Positions 16,662 through 30,200 of a stretch of 64,000 nt of DNA are shown one piece after another. The DNA comes from Hormiphora californensis. Its lineage: Eukaryota > Animalia > Ctenophora. The DNA lies in contig CM035360.1 of the NCBI GenBank assembly GCA_020137815.1, forward strand, positions 5,084,001 to 5,148,000, given 5' to 3'. A model generated the notes under the pieces. It saw only the letters and a list, made by a program, of their open reading frames with translations. It did not search any database and was not told the origin of the DNA. Each line of letters begins with the position of its first letter. The stretch's first letter is position 1. Made by a program: the position numbers and the translations under genes.

Positions 16662-19437
16662 TGTTTGGTTGGTTGGTAGGACTACGGTTCAGGGCCACTA
16701 AGCCGCACGCTACTGACGGCACCGGTTATTATTAAATTTATAGAAAGACCCGAATGCAGACGCATGTTCCTCAGTACCACAATATTGTCAACAAGCTTCA
16801 GATATAAAGGGATTTTGAAACGGAGACTTTTTCACTGCCACTTTTTGTTACGTTTGCACCGGGGAAGGACTCTACCCCGGCCCTTTATTGAAATTTGTTT
16901 ACATTTGAGAGAGTATCACACATTAACCAAGTCGTGAGAGAAAAGTCGTGTGTGTGCTGTATTTCAACAAGGACACCTACCCAACCTTCTGTAAAGCTGG
17001 CAACATCGATCTACAATCAACCATCGCATCAAACAGATAAATTTGTCACGTTGTTGTCAGTTCTGCCTGATTATTTTCATGTTGTCTCAATAGGTTTCGT
17101 CAGTATGCTGTCCCTCAGTTCGGTATACGTTTGGTGTCATGTTGCATTGTATTTGTATTATTATTCAATAATGGTTGATCCCCCCCCCCAGGTTAGGATC
17201 CTAGTACCCTATCTCACCTTGCTTACTGGATGGACCCTAGCCTTCTAATTCTTCTTCATTTGCTGGTGTATGGGTGGTATATGTAGATGTAGATGTATGG
17301 GCAGCCGTCAAACTTCCAGCACGGTACTATTTGTAGAGCCGGCTTGGTGTTTTTATGATAGTTCTAGTTTTTCTAGGAGACAGTTCAGGGCTGTTTCGCT
17401 ACAAGGGAGAGGTAAGGCCGTGCACTCATTTGCAGGACCGCAGAGTTATCTGTGGGATGAGAGAGGGTTGCGGGTCAAGGGTTTATGTTCCCCTAGTACT
17501 TATAGGTGCGCTTGTGTTGGAGCCACGTGTCCGGGCTGTTTGTTCCCCTAAAGGGAGAAGGGGTGTTTACTCCTTGTTAGTTAAGTGTAAGTATGGATGG
17601 GTTTGCGTTAGTTGGTGGGTTTGGGCGTGGTTGTTTGTCGCCGCTCGCGCTCTCTCGCCCAGGTCCTGTATGTACCCAATTCAGCCATACCATTCCAATC
17701 AGGGTCGACCAAGGGTACAAGATATGGAAAAACCGATAATAATCACAAAATCTTAACCACCCTCTTATTATTGCAAGGGGAGTTCATCTTGCAGGGCATG
17801 CTCCCGATAAGGAGCGGTAAGGTTCACTCGCTCATACTACCACAACCGTCATGTTTCAGGTTCTCGCAAATATCGGTAAATTTGCTTATAAAACAGCACA
17901 AGTCAAACCTACCCATGTTCAGTGCATACTCCGCATCAAAATCGCCTTCTACGAGTTCTCTCTCTCTCATCTCTATCTCTCTAGTCTCTCTTATTCTCTC
18001 CCACTACCTCTCTCTATCAGTCCGGGGGAATTTCCCAGGCCTCCCTGCATTATGCAGTGTTTCCAGTTGCTGTTTAATATTTGTATTCTACCCCTGAACT
18101 TCTTGGTCTCTCGTTCCTCATCTTTCTCATTGCCATTTCTCTTCTCCTTTCTCTCTTCCCCCAAAACCCCATCCCCCTTCCCTTCTCCCTAGTCCTATCA
18201 CGGTGACTGGCAGTGCTCCACGAGCATTGCTCGATCTGGGCTGCCATGCGGCCTAGATCTCGCTCCAGAGTCCTTCCTTTCCTCTACCAGTCCGTCAGTT
18301 TGTCAACATCCCTACTCATTATTGTGCTGGCAGGCGCTGTCTAGAGGTAGCGTAGAAATCATGTCATTAACTTTGTTTGACAAAACTGAACCTGCGTGCT
18401 ATCGAGATTGGTAGCACACACTCGTGATTGGGTGAGACAGACAGTGTCGGTGCAAGTCACCGGGGTCAAGCAAGGGACCGTATTGAGTGCTATTATCGTT
18501 GCTTGTCACATCCAATAGTTGGACTGCCACATGGATCGAGAAATGGCCGCGCTGACGTCGGAAAAAAAAAGGATTTTGAAAAGTGTAAGATTTCAGTTTG
18601 AGATCGGGAAGAGGGGCAGAACTATGGAAGGGATTTGAGCTGGTTCTAGATCCCTGCATCCTGGGGAGTAGGACGGGATGCCGACCAGTGATCACGATCA
18701 CATCAGACAGACAGTCTGAGTTGACCGACACGGATACGTGTGTAGGAAGCACGTGAAGCCGAAAAAAGTATAAAGCTAGCGTGACTCTGTCCTTCGCACA
18801 GTGTCAAGATTTAAACGTGCAGGGGATGCAATAGAAAGGGTAATAAGAGCACGCCCCGAAGGACTGAAAAATCGGTCATATTGTCTGTCGTCGACGGGGT
18901 CAGTTCTCACTCCTCAAGCACTCGCTCTCGGTTTGTAGATTGTCATGAACTGTAGAAAGTCCTAGGGCTAGCCCAGCCACCATATGGAAAAGTAGGTGAT
19001 ACCACCACCTCTATGGGAAACAGAGGTAGTGAAGGGGCGAGAAGGCCCAAAAGACGTGATCTAAACTGAAAATGTGAAGTGAAGCCAGAACCTCGATAAT
19101 AAGATGCCCAAATGAAACCCTGGTCCCTGAATGTGGAAACAATGGCTGTGGTCTATGGAGATGGCTGAACAGGGGTGACATCCGGATTGCTCTTATCGAC
19201 ACTTGCACTGTCAATTTGACAGAATGACGATAACGAGAGAGATAAATACTAGATAGATACACCTCTGTGCGTGAATGAGATGACGAAGGGCTAGAATAAC
19301 CCAAATGACGTGAACTGAGCGGTAATCGTGTTACCGACTCATCAACAATTAGGGAGAGGCCCCAAATACACTATCATCTACCACGGAAAGAATGCTGGCT
19401 CAAAAACTAGAAGGACATGAAGAGGGGAGATAGGGGC

Positions 19438-19438
<1 letters not shown>

Positions 19439-19500
<62 letters not shown>
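19439..19500. repeat. (AG)n microsatellite
   Basis: Dinucleotide run. Confidence 0.9.
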
Positions 19501-19798
19501 TAGTATAATAGTAGACACACATGCGGGCATCGACGGACTGTGGAACGGACCAACTACAAATTACAAACACACTAACTACTGGACAAAAGCAAGCAGACTG
19601 GTTCTTATCTGAATATAGTTCAGTAGTGTAGTAGTATCATCGTCCAGTTGATGTGAAGTCCGCCAATAGTTGATAGTTGATGTTCAGGTTTTAGTAAAAA
19701 AAAGTATCAAACTCGGGTTGAAAATTCAATGTTTCAAGAATTACAACGCGAAATTAGGGATGAATCGAGACGTCGTGCGAAAGGTAAACAGAATGAAA

Positions 19799-19910
<112 letters not shown>

Positions 19911-20182
19911 TATCTCCTTATAGGAATCAGTTGGTAACGAAGTTACCCCTCTCTTACCAGCGCACGAAGGTTATTTCGTAACCAAAGTTTGATTTTATTA
20001 TCAAGCCATCATGTGACAAACATTAGTATTATATTTCCTCAATTTGCTCATGCTGCAGTCGATACAGAGCTGCTGTTGTACAATCCCTAGCTTAGCAGTT
20101 TTTGCTTGCTCTTTTATCTAAACCATAGTTGGCATACCCTTATAGTTTTCTAATTATAAAATATATATACAATTAGTTAGAA

Positions 20183-23100
20183 ATGTCCGATTCAGATGAG
20201 GATTTTGCACCGCTTTTAAAGGACCCAAATAAAAGCGAGTCGAATGATGAAATTAACAGGGTACATACATCGATAATACAGGGTGTCCCACTGTCTTTGT
20301 GTGACCTGCGATTACTGGTCATGACCGCGTTCCGTCAAATTAATCAAAACTTATCGAAAAATTGGTCAAAATGGTTCTAACAAAAACCAGTGTTCTAGAG
20401 AATTGTCTGGCGAACATTTTGGTTGCAAGATTGACGTTCCAAGTTTTACCAATCGTCAGATATATCGTCCTAAAGTCAAAAATACGTGTTCAAGAAATCC
20501 GACCGGGGTTCACGTTTTGAAAAATTCACAAATGCAAAGTTGCTCGGATCACATTGCATCCCTCATAAGAGTTGTGGGAAATTGTCTGGCGGTCATTTTG
20601 GTACCCGGGTTTTTATCCTAGCTCAATGTTTAGAGTGTCTTATGACTGTCTAAAGACGAAATTCAGCCAGCATTTTTGAGGGGATCACGTGTCATCAGCA
20701 AATGGGTAAAATGATTTGAAATTTACAAGAGCTTCATTGGAATGGTCTAAGGTTCATTTTGATACCATGGTTTTTTCCATAGCTCTACGTTTAAGTTGCG
20801 TTATGAGTTATGACTGTAGGAACATGAAGATTTTTCTATGCTGAGTCTTATACTCCATTTTTTTCAACTGTTCACCCCCCAAAGTCGTGCGCGGAATTGT
20901 TTTGCGCGTCTATCACATGTTAACGTGTAGCGCGCGCAGCGTAAATTAAAATATCGCACGCGCACGAGTTGGAGGGTGAACAGTTGAATAAAAATGGACT
21001 TTAGTTGGTATCGGCTCACAACCCCTAATTAGGTGGCTCGGCCGTGTCGTGTAAAATCCCATGATAATCAGCACATATCGTCTCAATTTCATCTAGACAC
21101 TTGACAGGGTTGTTATGACGATTTGGCAATGCCCCTGTTAATGTGTAGGATACGCAAGTGGTCTATCTCAACCCTATCATGCACTAAGATGTTATTCAAG
21201 CAGCTATGAGCTTCATAACAGGGCAAAATGCAATGCGATACCTGAGACCATTTTTGAGAAAATTCCAGTTCTGACAGTGACAGTCATAAGACACTGTAAA
21301 CATTGAGCTAGGATAAAAACCCGGGTACCAAAATGACCGCCAGACAATTTCCTACAACTCTTATGAGGAATACAATGTGATCCAAGCAACTTTGCATTTG
21401 TGAATTTTTCAAAACGTGAACCCCGGTCGGATTTCATGAACACGGAATTTTGACTTTACGACGATATATCTGACGATTGGTAAGACTTGGAAAGTCAATC
21501 TTGCAACTAAAATGTTCGCCAGACAATTCTCTAGAACACTGGTTTTTGTTAGAACCATTTTGACCAATTTTTCGATGAGTTTTGGTTATAGTAGGGACGA
21601 ATCTCTCACAAAAAGAAGTGGTTGACTCACTATTTGGTTCAAAGCAAATTCCGGTTGTAACCCACCTATTTTGACCCGCTGAACACGATCCCGTCCATAA
21701 GAAAATGCCCAAATCGGCCACACCCCTTTACCTGTATTTTCAGCATGTAGCCAAAAACATAAATCCTCTTAGAATAGGAGTAGAGACAAATCAGAGGGCA
21801 CTAAAGTGATCAGCGCCCTCGCATTAGTGGGGTAGGTGCTGGAATTAAGTCTCTATCTCATCTGGTTAATTAGATAATTGGATAATTAGGTTTGCGCATA
21901 ACCGTTTTTTGGCTATATGGCTATAGCCACTTAGGAATGCAAATGGTTTAGAGACTTTTCACTGGCGCCATTTTGTAGGCAATAGCCAAGTTATGGGGGG
22001 TCGACGTCGGACTTTTAAGCTCTATCTCTAACCGTTTAGCCGTTATTGGGCTTAATCGATGCTCAAAATGAGCGAAAAACGGTAAAAATAAAAGCCCGAT
22101 TTTGAGCATCGTTTAAGCCAGATAACGGCTAAACGGTTGGAGATAGAGCTCAAAAGTCCGACGTCGACCCCCCATAACTTGGCTATTGCCTACAAAATGG
22201 TGCCAGTGAAAAGTCTCTAAACCATTCCTAAGTGGCTATAGCCATATAGCCAAAAAACGGTTATGCGCAAACCTAATTATCCAATTATCTAATTAACCAG
22301 ATGAGATAGAGACTTAATTCCAGCACCTACCCCCACTAATGCGAGGGCGCTGATCACTTTAGTGCCCTCAGATTTGTCTCTACTCCTATTCTAAGAGGAT
22401 TTATGTTTTTGGCTACAGGCTGAAAATACAGGTAAAAGGGCGTGGCCGATTTGGGCATTTTCTTCACTTTTCGGCAGGTGAGTAGAACTTCGCTCCTAAT
22501 AAAAGGCTGCAATAAAAGGCTGCAGAAAAAGGCTGCAATAAAAGGCTGCAATAAAAGGCTGCAATAAAAGGCTGCAGAAAAAGGCTGCAATAAAAGGCTG
22601 CAATAAAAGGCTGCAAGGGATCACGTATCCAACCAGACTAAAGCGGGGGATAGACCGAATCGTCCTCCCCTAATAGTGTTTCGTATCACGTATCGGCTGT
22701 AGTGAGACCGAATCACCCTCCCCTAATTATAGTGATTCGTGTCACGTATCCAACTAGACCATAGGCAATAGAGAGAGACCGAGATAGAGAGCGAGTACGA
22801 GTGAGAACTGAGAGTGTGAAAAATCAGAATCACGGTATGGTATCACGTACCATGGTATCCTCTAATGAAAAGCGGTTACCAATTGACAATGAGACCTCAT
22901 CGGTCCCGATACGTGATTCTCTACCGCTATGTATTCTCCATTAGTCTTTCCGTATCGATCCACGATTCAGTAGAGGTAGTCAGTAACTACTGAGAGTGTT
23001 GGTCTAATGAGGTAGGGTAGATCTATTGATTGAGCGTGTAGCACAATCACAGGTGAACCACCCAACCACTTAGTTCACCTATCATAGTATTATGTGTGAT

Positions 23101-26100
23101 TCCGATCTACTGAATTGTGTACATAAAGACTATTGGCGAATAACGGTAGAAAATCAGTAATCACGTATTGGCACCGATTAGGTCAAATTATAGGTAACCG
23201 CCTTTCATTTAATTAATTAGAGGATATCATGAAACGTGATACAATACTTGATTAGTCGTCCATGATTCGGATCTCTCACTCTCACCTCTCTAACTCTCTA
23301 TCTCCGTCTAACTACCGCCTATGGTTTAGTTGGATACCAGGCACGAATCACTATAATTAGGGGCGGGTGATTCGGTCTCTCTACCGCTTATGGTAGAAAC
23401 CGATACGTGAAACAAAACACTATTAGGGGAGGACGATTCGGTCTATCTCCTGCTTTAGTGCTTTAGTCCAGTTGGATATGTGATCCATTGCAGCCTTTTA
23501 TTGCAGCCTTTTATTGCAGCCTTTTAATGCAGCCTTTTATTGCAGCCTTTTTCTGCAGCCTTTTATTGCAGCCTTTTTCTGCAGCCTTTTATTGCAGCCT
23601 TTTATTAGGAGCGAAGTTCTACTCACCTGCCCACTTTTCCGAGCTTGCCTATGGACGGGATCGTGTTCAGCGGGTCAAAATAGGTGGGTTACAACCGGAA
23701 TTTGCTTTGAACCAAATAGTGAGTCAAAAAATTAAGATTCGTCCCTACTATTAGTTTAATGGAGCCCGGTCATGACCCAAAATCTCAGGTCACGCAAAGA
23801 CAGTGGGACACCCTGTAGTTGTAATATACAGTTGATATAGGTCTCCACTCCGGCAAGTACAATCCGAATCACCAGAGTGATATCAAAACGTAGAACCGTA
23901 TTATAGGGGTACAATGAAACATAAAGTTTGCTAACAATCTAAATCCTTTTCGTTCCAGAAGCCAGGCAACGGTCAAGTATTGAGGGAAGCACTCCCGGGG
24001 ATCCTTCTCCTAACTCTCTCCTTCATCTTCGTCACCATGCCCTCCACCTACCTGCCCATTGTCCTGAGACAGGAGTTTTCTATCAGTGAAAGTACCAGTG
24101 CCATCATCATTTCATCATCCATGTAAGACCATGTTTGGTTACGAAGTCACCCATATTCATGTATTGCATAGAGCCAGACTCCAGAGGGGTGATTTCATTG
24201 CGTAGAGGAGTAATTTCATTATCAAATTAACTTCATTAAATATATCCCAATTGCAGGTTTGCCTACGTTATTTCATGCTTCGTATCCCCTCGGATAGACT
24301 TCTACTTTGAATCACAACAGATCCTAGTAGTCAGTTACTTTGTGTTCCTCCTAAGCAGCATCTCATTCGCTTACATCTTGTACCTGCCCAGACACATGGT
24401 GAGTTGAGACTTGGTTGGAGTGGGACGGTGTGCGGACTCTAGTGCTACACTCTAAGTCTACAGTGGACTCTATATCTAAATTTAGATTTAGATAAAGAGT
24501 CCAAATAATTCTAAACTCTAGGAGGACTCTTTATCTAAAAAGTCTACACAGGGCGGACTCTTTATCTAAAAAGTCTAAACAAAGTGGACTCTATATCTAC
24601 ATAAATCTAAATTAGATATAGAGTCCGCCTTTCGCCGCGAACTCGAGATTTCGGCCGTTAGGCCGGAAACGAGAGTTTGCTCTACCCCTATACTAATTTA
24701 GAAGTGTTGGGGCCGTTATTTGGGTTCGAGGTTAGGGTTAGGTTTTGGGTTGGGTTAGGATTTTAGACATAGAGTCCGGGTTGGAGGATTTGGCGCCAAA
24801 ATGTACTAGAGGACTCTATATCTAAAAATTCTACACAGGGCGGACTCTTTATCTAAAAAGTCTACACAGGGAGGACTCTTTATCTAAACTTTTTTCAAAA
24901 TCTAACTGTAGATAAAGAGTCCGTTTTTAGATATAGAGTCCGCCTTGGATTTAGATAAAGAGTCCGTTAGCACTAGAGTCCGCCCACCGAGTGGGACACA
25001 GCTTCTAGGACAGAATTGGTTTGAAATTTTCCAGTCCTGAATTATAAAACACGTTTACGATAATGGTAGGTGGAAGATAGGGACAGGGCGCCTTGAGGGA
25101 GTTCATAGAGTCTATTTGGATGTATGATGTCTATGAAAGACATGATACATCCAAATGTGTTTAGAATCTAGACATATTGTATTTCAGATTCCAGTAGCTG
25201 GTGTTATCTCTCGAGCTATATCCGGGTTCTGTTCCGGACTTTACGAGAATCTCCTATCAATATCTCTACTTCGGAAATTTGATAAAAATATTGGCGGCCT
25301 AACGGGTGAGTGTTCAATAATGATCTATGTCATTGACCATTGTATAGCCAACTATTTTAATATTATTGGGCTGCAAATCGTAATATATACAGGGTGGCAC
25401 GATGTGCCTGCACTGCCCTAAAATTGTTTCATATCCCCTTCAATTTGATCTACGAGTATGATCATTGATCAACTAGACTACTATACCAACCTTTCAGCTG
25501 TTGTGGATACTGCAATAAACGTAGGGACATTAACAGGTCCCCTTGTGGGTGGGACAGTTTACAAGTATACTGGCAGGTGAGTTAGGAGTTGCAATTATAT
25601 ATTGCGTTTAAACTAGTCATAAGATGAATCGTTCAAACTCTCGCGTATGGATATACGAAACCAGCTCTTGAACGACATGTATACCTCCATTCAGGTTTGT
25701 CACAACCAACTTGATACCAGTGATCCCAGCGGCTCTGGTGTACGCCTGGTATGTGTTCATGATCCACAGGGAGGAACAAAACCGGGCAACCGTCCAACAA
25801 ATACCAGATCAAATGGCAGATGCACATGAGTACAATAACAATCACGATACGAGCAGTAGTAGTAATAGTAGTGGGGACAAAAAGGGGAGCTTCCTGAAAG
25901 TTCTGGGAACTTGGCAAATTTGTTTGTTACTCTTCCAGCCCTTTTATTTCAGCCTTGTCAACGCCCTGCCCATCACCATTTTAGGCAAGTAGTCGTTGGT
26001 TCTTGGTGTTTGTTTTTCATCTCGTTTTAAATTTTCTGCATACCATCTTCCTCGGTACAATTTCAATCTAATTAATATTTGTGTTTTCACGCAGGACCCT

Positions 26101-27246
26101 ACTTATTGGAGAACTACGGTGCAAGTTCGGTGATAACCGGTATTTTCTTCATGATAGTATCACTAGGATACCTCCTGGGAGTTTCCTTTGCTGGGGTTAT
26201 CACAGATGTTCCAAGGTAACAGTCCGTCATACACATTTCCACCTGAAATTCCCTTACATAACAAAGCACTTCCAAGGAACTCTACCGCCCTTTTTCTGTT
26301 TGAGTAACCACCCGGGTGGTGCACCCTTTACAGGAACTACACGATACACACTAGGCCATTAAATATGTTCACCAACCCACCCAGATGAATGCATTGGACA
26401 GACAGACATTGTCTCACATGACAACACACTATATCGTGTTTCAGATTCAGATCCTCTGCACTGTGGCTCTTTGCACTAACTCCCTTCGTGTTCGGACTGG
26501 GAAGTCTGCTAGTCGGACCCGCTACATTCCTACCCATACAACCATCTCTCTATGTCCACGGCACAGGCTTTGCAATATGGGGTGAGTGGCCAAGAAATAT
26601 AGGTTAGCTTACGTATTACAATTTGTAGAAACCAGAGCTATTTTAGCACTGATAGTGATAGAGTTGACTTCTTGTGGTCTCTATAAAAAAGAGTTTGAAC
26701 AATACAATTGCAATGATCATAGAGCAATTACAAAACTAAACACACCATCAATTGATCACTAGGTCTGGTGTTTGGTCTGGGCTGTGGCCCCATGATGAGG
26801 TTATTGTTGGAAATGTGGAAGGGTCTATATCCCCATGAGGAGGCTGACTACACATGTTACATTATGTCATTCTTCCTTGTAACATTTTCCCTCGGGGAGG
26901 TGAGTTATTGAGTTAACTATTTCGATCGCTTTAATTAATTTAGTTAACTTTTAGTTAATTTAGTTTTACTCATTTTATTTATGTAGGAATATTTTTCTCT
27001 CGCTTTAGTCAATTTAAGAATCTCTCCTTTGTTCCTTATTGTTTGCAGCAAGTCACTACCCAGCTCCCTGACTCCCTCTTTATCACACAACTCCTCCACC
27101 AGGCGACTGGTAATGCTATTGGTGGCTGGTTGTACGAGTCCATGCCTTTTAACCACATCATCACCTACTTTGGAGTAACGTTATTCCTTCATGGGACAAT
27201 AAACACCGTCTTCATAGCAACACAATACAACACAGTAAGGAGATAG
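20183..27246 (+). CDS. MFS transporter, SLC18B1 (vesicular polyamine transporter)-like, ~469 aa, 10 exons
   Basis: Phase-consistent exons 20183-20260, 23959-24122, 24257-24398, 25188-25305, 25498-25576, 25695-25984, 26095-26215, 26445-26581, 26763-26899, 27103-27246. About 12 TM segments; motifs SRAISGFCSG, GTLTGPLVGGTVY, LLVGPATFLPI, SLGEATGNAIGGWLYE. N-terminal acidic-dileucine-like DEDFAPLL. AATAAA at ~27429. Confidence 0.85.
20851..21001. mobile_element. ~150-bp MITE, copy 2
   Basis: Near-identical to 1601-1751. Confidence 0.8.
22500..22616 (+). repeat. 13-bp tandem repeat (TAAAAGGCTGCAA) x~9; inverted copy at 23488-23606
   Basis: Direct inspection. Confidence 0.9.
24427..24988. mobile_element. 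Mutator-like MITE (562 bp) with 9-bp TSD, in intron 3 of the transporter
   Basis: TSD GAGTGGGAC (24418-24426, 24989-24997); TIR GGTG(T/G)GCGGACTCTAGTGCTA; arrays of GGACTCT(T/A)TATCTAAA in both orientations; central TTAGGG-like tract. Confidence 0.9.
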
Positions 27247-30200
27247 GACTGACAAACTTAGTACAAAACACTGAGACAAGAGACTATGACAGAGACTTTT
27301 TTACAAACAGTCGACACTATACCAGGGTCAAATTATATGAAAATTGTACAGATTGAGTATTTTTTTAATTTTGAGGAACAAGAATCGCGTATCATAAAAC
27401 AAGGTGTGAGAGGGTGAGCTGGAATCAGAATAAACAGATGGTAAAATGTGTGTTTTATAGTATTAATAATACGTGCATGGTGTTTAGTTTTTGTATTAAA
27501 AAAGTTTAGTTAAAAGCTAGCTAGTGCTGCTGCAGTAGTATCGTACCGGGTACGGCAACTCTGAAATGTTTTACATGTTCAGTGATGTTTTTCACAGTTT
27601 AGTGCATGATGATGAAGACTGGAGAGTTTTTCCCAGTTTTTACTTTTTACTTTAATATTTCAGAATCTAACCCAATCAATTATTTCAGTCATACATAAAT
27701 AGATCAAAGTCAATATCCGTGGAACCACACGAAAACTTGGAATACAGCAAAACATCGGCATTTACAGACCCTACCGCAGAGGATGGATTTAGGACTGTGT
27801 GAAATGAATCTTTCGACTCTTTTTCATTTTGATTTCTGATTCCTGATAATTAAAGATATTTCGGCAACGGCGGGCCCGTTGAGACATGAAATTTGGGAAT
27901 CGCAAATAAAAAGCTTAATGATTTATGTTATCTGAGTAGACTGAGATATAATCTGAAGGTAGAGACAATGCAAATTATGAGAGGTTAATCAGTCAAACCT
28001 AGCTTAGGAGTAAGTGAGCATACAGACGACTGCAAGGTAACGACCCTGCAGGGCCCTGAGGGCTGAGAGTGGGTCGTCGATACAGTTTATCGTACACAGC
28101 AGTACACACTATAAGAGGACAGCATGAGCGACTTGTTTACGTTGTACTTTTAGGAGACTGTACAGCGCCTCATTGGTATCACGCGTGATCTTTACATGCG
28201 TGATACTAGTAGTATCATTGGTGACATTGACACCTAGTGCGTGCGAGATCGAGGTCGCGCAGCGACCGAGATCGAGCTCGCACATCTGTGAAGCAGACAG
28301 GCGGCAATGGCGCCAAGTAGTATCACTGATACCGATATAACATGGAAGTATCATGTATCACGCATGAAGATCACGCGTGATATAGATATCGCGTCGCTAT
28401 CACGATTGATGCGTGAATCTCCTGCTGCGGGTCGCTATCTAGCGTAATCTACCCTCTCACGATTGGTTGAGCTGAGTAAACAATTCATGAATCATGATGC
28501 AATGTTGATATGCCGTCTTCTGTATCAGTATGTCATGTCAACTGCACTCTGCTGAGCGGTGTATCTCATATGATTTGGGGAATTTACTTGAGTTGAGGCG
28601 AGCGGGAGAATCTCAATTAAGTTTTTTAAACTAGAACTTCTAGTAGAAGTAAAAGTTTAATTTGTGCGTTTTTGTACACTTACAGAATACTATGCAATGT
28701 GAACTAAGCTGTTTTATTTCTTGAATTTGAGATTTCAGAGGATAGGTATGATACAAGTGAGAGAGTAAAATACGGGCCAATTTTATTTGGAATTTTATTT
28801 GGATTGCGCGATCTATATCAAAATAAGCTGCAACTTTAAAAGCGCGCAATTGTACTTAATGTGGCGCGCGATTAAAATTAAATTAAAAAACACGTGATAA
28901 CTTTCACAATTTTCACAAATCACACGGCCGGCCGTGGCCCGTGTGATTTGTCAAAATTGTCGTTTGAAAAGCCCTGCCTTATCCCGCCAGCAGCGTTTGC
29001 CAAAATTTTCGTCCGATGTGACCTTCGGTTCTGTTTCATCAATATCTTTTTGTGATCAGTCATGTACAATGCATGATATGGGCGAATCTTGAGCTCTGAA
29101 AGCTTGATACACGTATAGTGTAAGAGCGGGAGAGTCATATATTTTCTTATATTGACTCGATATAAATTGTGAAGTTCATATTCATATTCATATTCAACCT
29201 ACATCGAATATATAGAACAGTGTGTCCTATTTTATCAGCGGGGGCCGCACAATGGCAGAAAATTCTATCAAATGTCTGGATGATCAATCAATATTTGCAT
29301 CATGCGTGTTTGTGCACCTATTAGGCAGAACTAAAATCCCCGCTATGTTCATCAGAAATTGGAGGCTACGTTCTCCGGCATGCACAACCGACGCGAATTT
29401 GCTATCGGCAGTGGCCAGCTATAATCAGTAATACCGTACGTAGTCTTGTCTCGTGACGCCTGACACCCTATAAAATGTGTATTGTGTAATAATATGCTCT
29501 GTTAGTCAATGATGGCAGCTTAGTGAAATTACATATGTAGCCCAATAAAATGATGATTTCATCGTGTTCATACGCGATTTGACAAATGAAAGATATCCCG
29601 CTAATCCCGCTGACAAATCTGATATGGGAAAGTTTCTCTCGCAACCAGCTCAATATGTCCAATATATAAGCAGCCCTTCCTTTTATACTACATACTACAT
29701 ACTATACCCCTCCAATCTTCATTGCATGTGACATGTTCATGTCTTCTAGTAGCTCATTCTGCGACATGTGTGTTACTGCCACACATCTGCTGCTACTTTA
29801 GCTCTCCCCATGCGGTATACCTACTGCACTACTTAATCCTAATCCAATCTCTGAGCAGAGAGCTGTCAGTTATATCAACAAGTTGCTTGTCACACACACA
29901 CACACACACACACACACGCTCTTCCACACGCTTCATTACAATTACGTGTCAGTGGTCTAGTGGTCCAGGATGTCTTGGGTATGTCAGCCGTGTGTACTTA
30001 TACTCCTTTATAAAACAGTAAACACCGTCTTATCCTTCAAAAACCCATAATATATTAGCAGATATCATGTAATAATTCTTAGTCATTTTTGCTCTGCGTA
30101 TCACTTAATTGTACAGATCTAATAGATCTATAAAGCATCGAGTCGTTCATTATGGAAGAGCTTTTTAACCAGCGATCCCACTATATTTTGCCAGTACCTC

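Larger units (their letters stand above)
20279..23815. mobile_element. 3.5-kb non-autonomous Tc1/mariner-ended foldback element in intron 1 of the transporter
   Basis: TA TSD; 30-bp TIR CAGGGTGTCCCACTGTCTTTG(T/C)GTGACCTG; interior consists almost entirely of long nested inverted repeats; no transposase ORF. Confidence 0.9.

Noticed and set aside
15245-16735. Long Ser/Leu or Arg/Glu ORFs (up to 496 aa), and similar ORFs at 3.7, 19.7, 32, 53, 54 and 61-63.7 kb
   Set aside because: Translations of TC/AG microsatellites.
22500-24988. CRISPR-like arrays (13-mer repeats; GGACTCTTTATCTAAA repeats; also the 38.4-40.2 kb motifs)
   Set aside because: No regular unique spacers, mixed orientation, located inside TIR elements, no cas genes, eukaryotic context.
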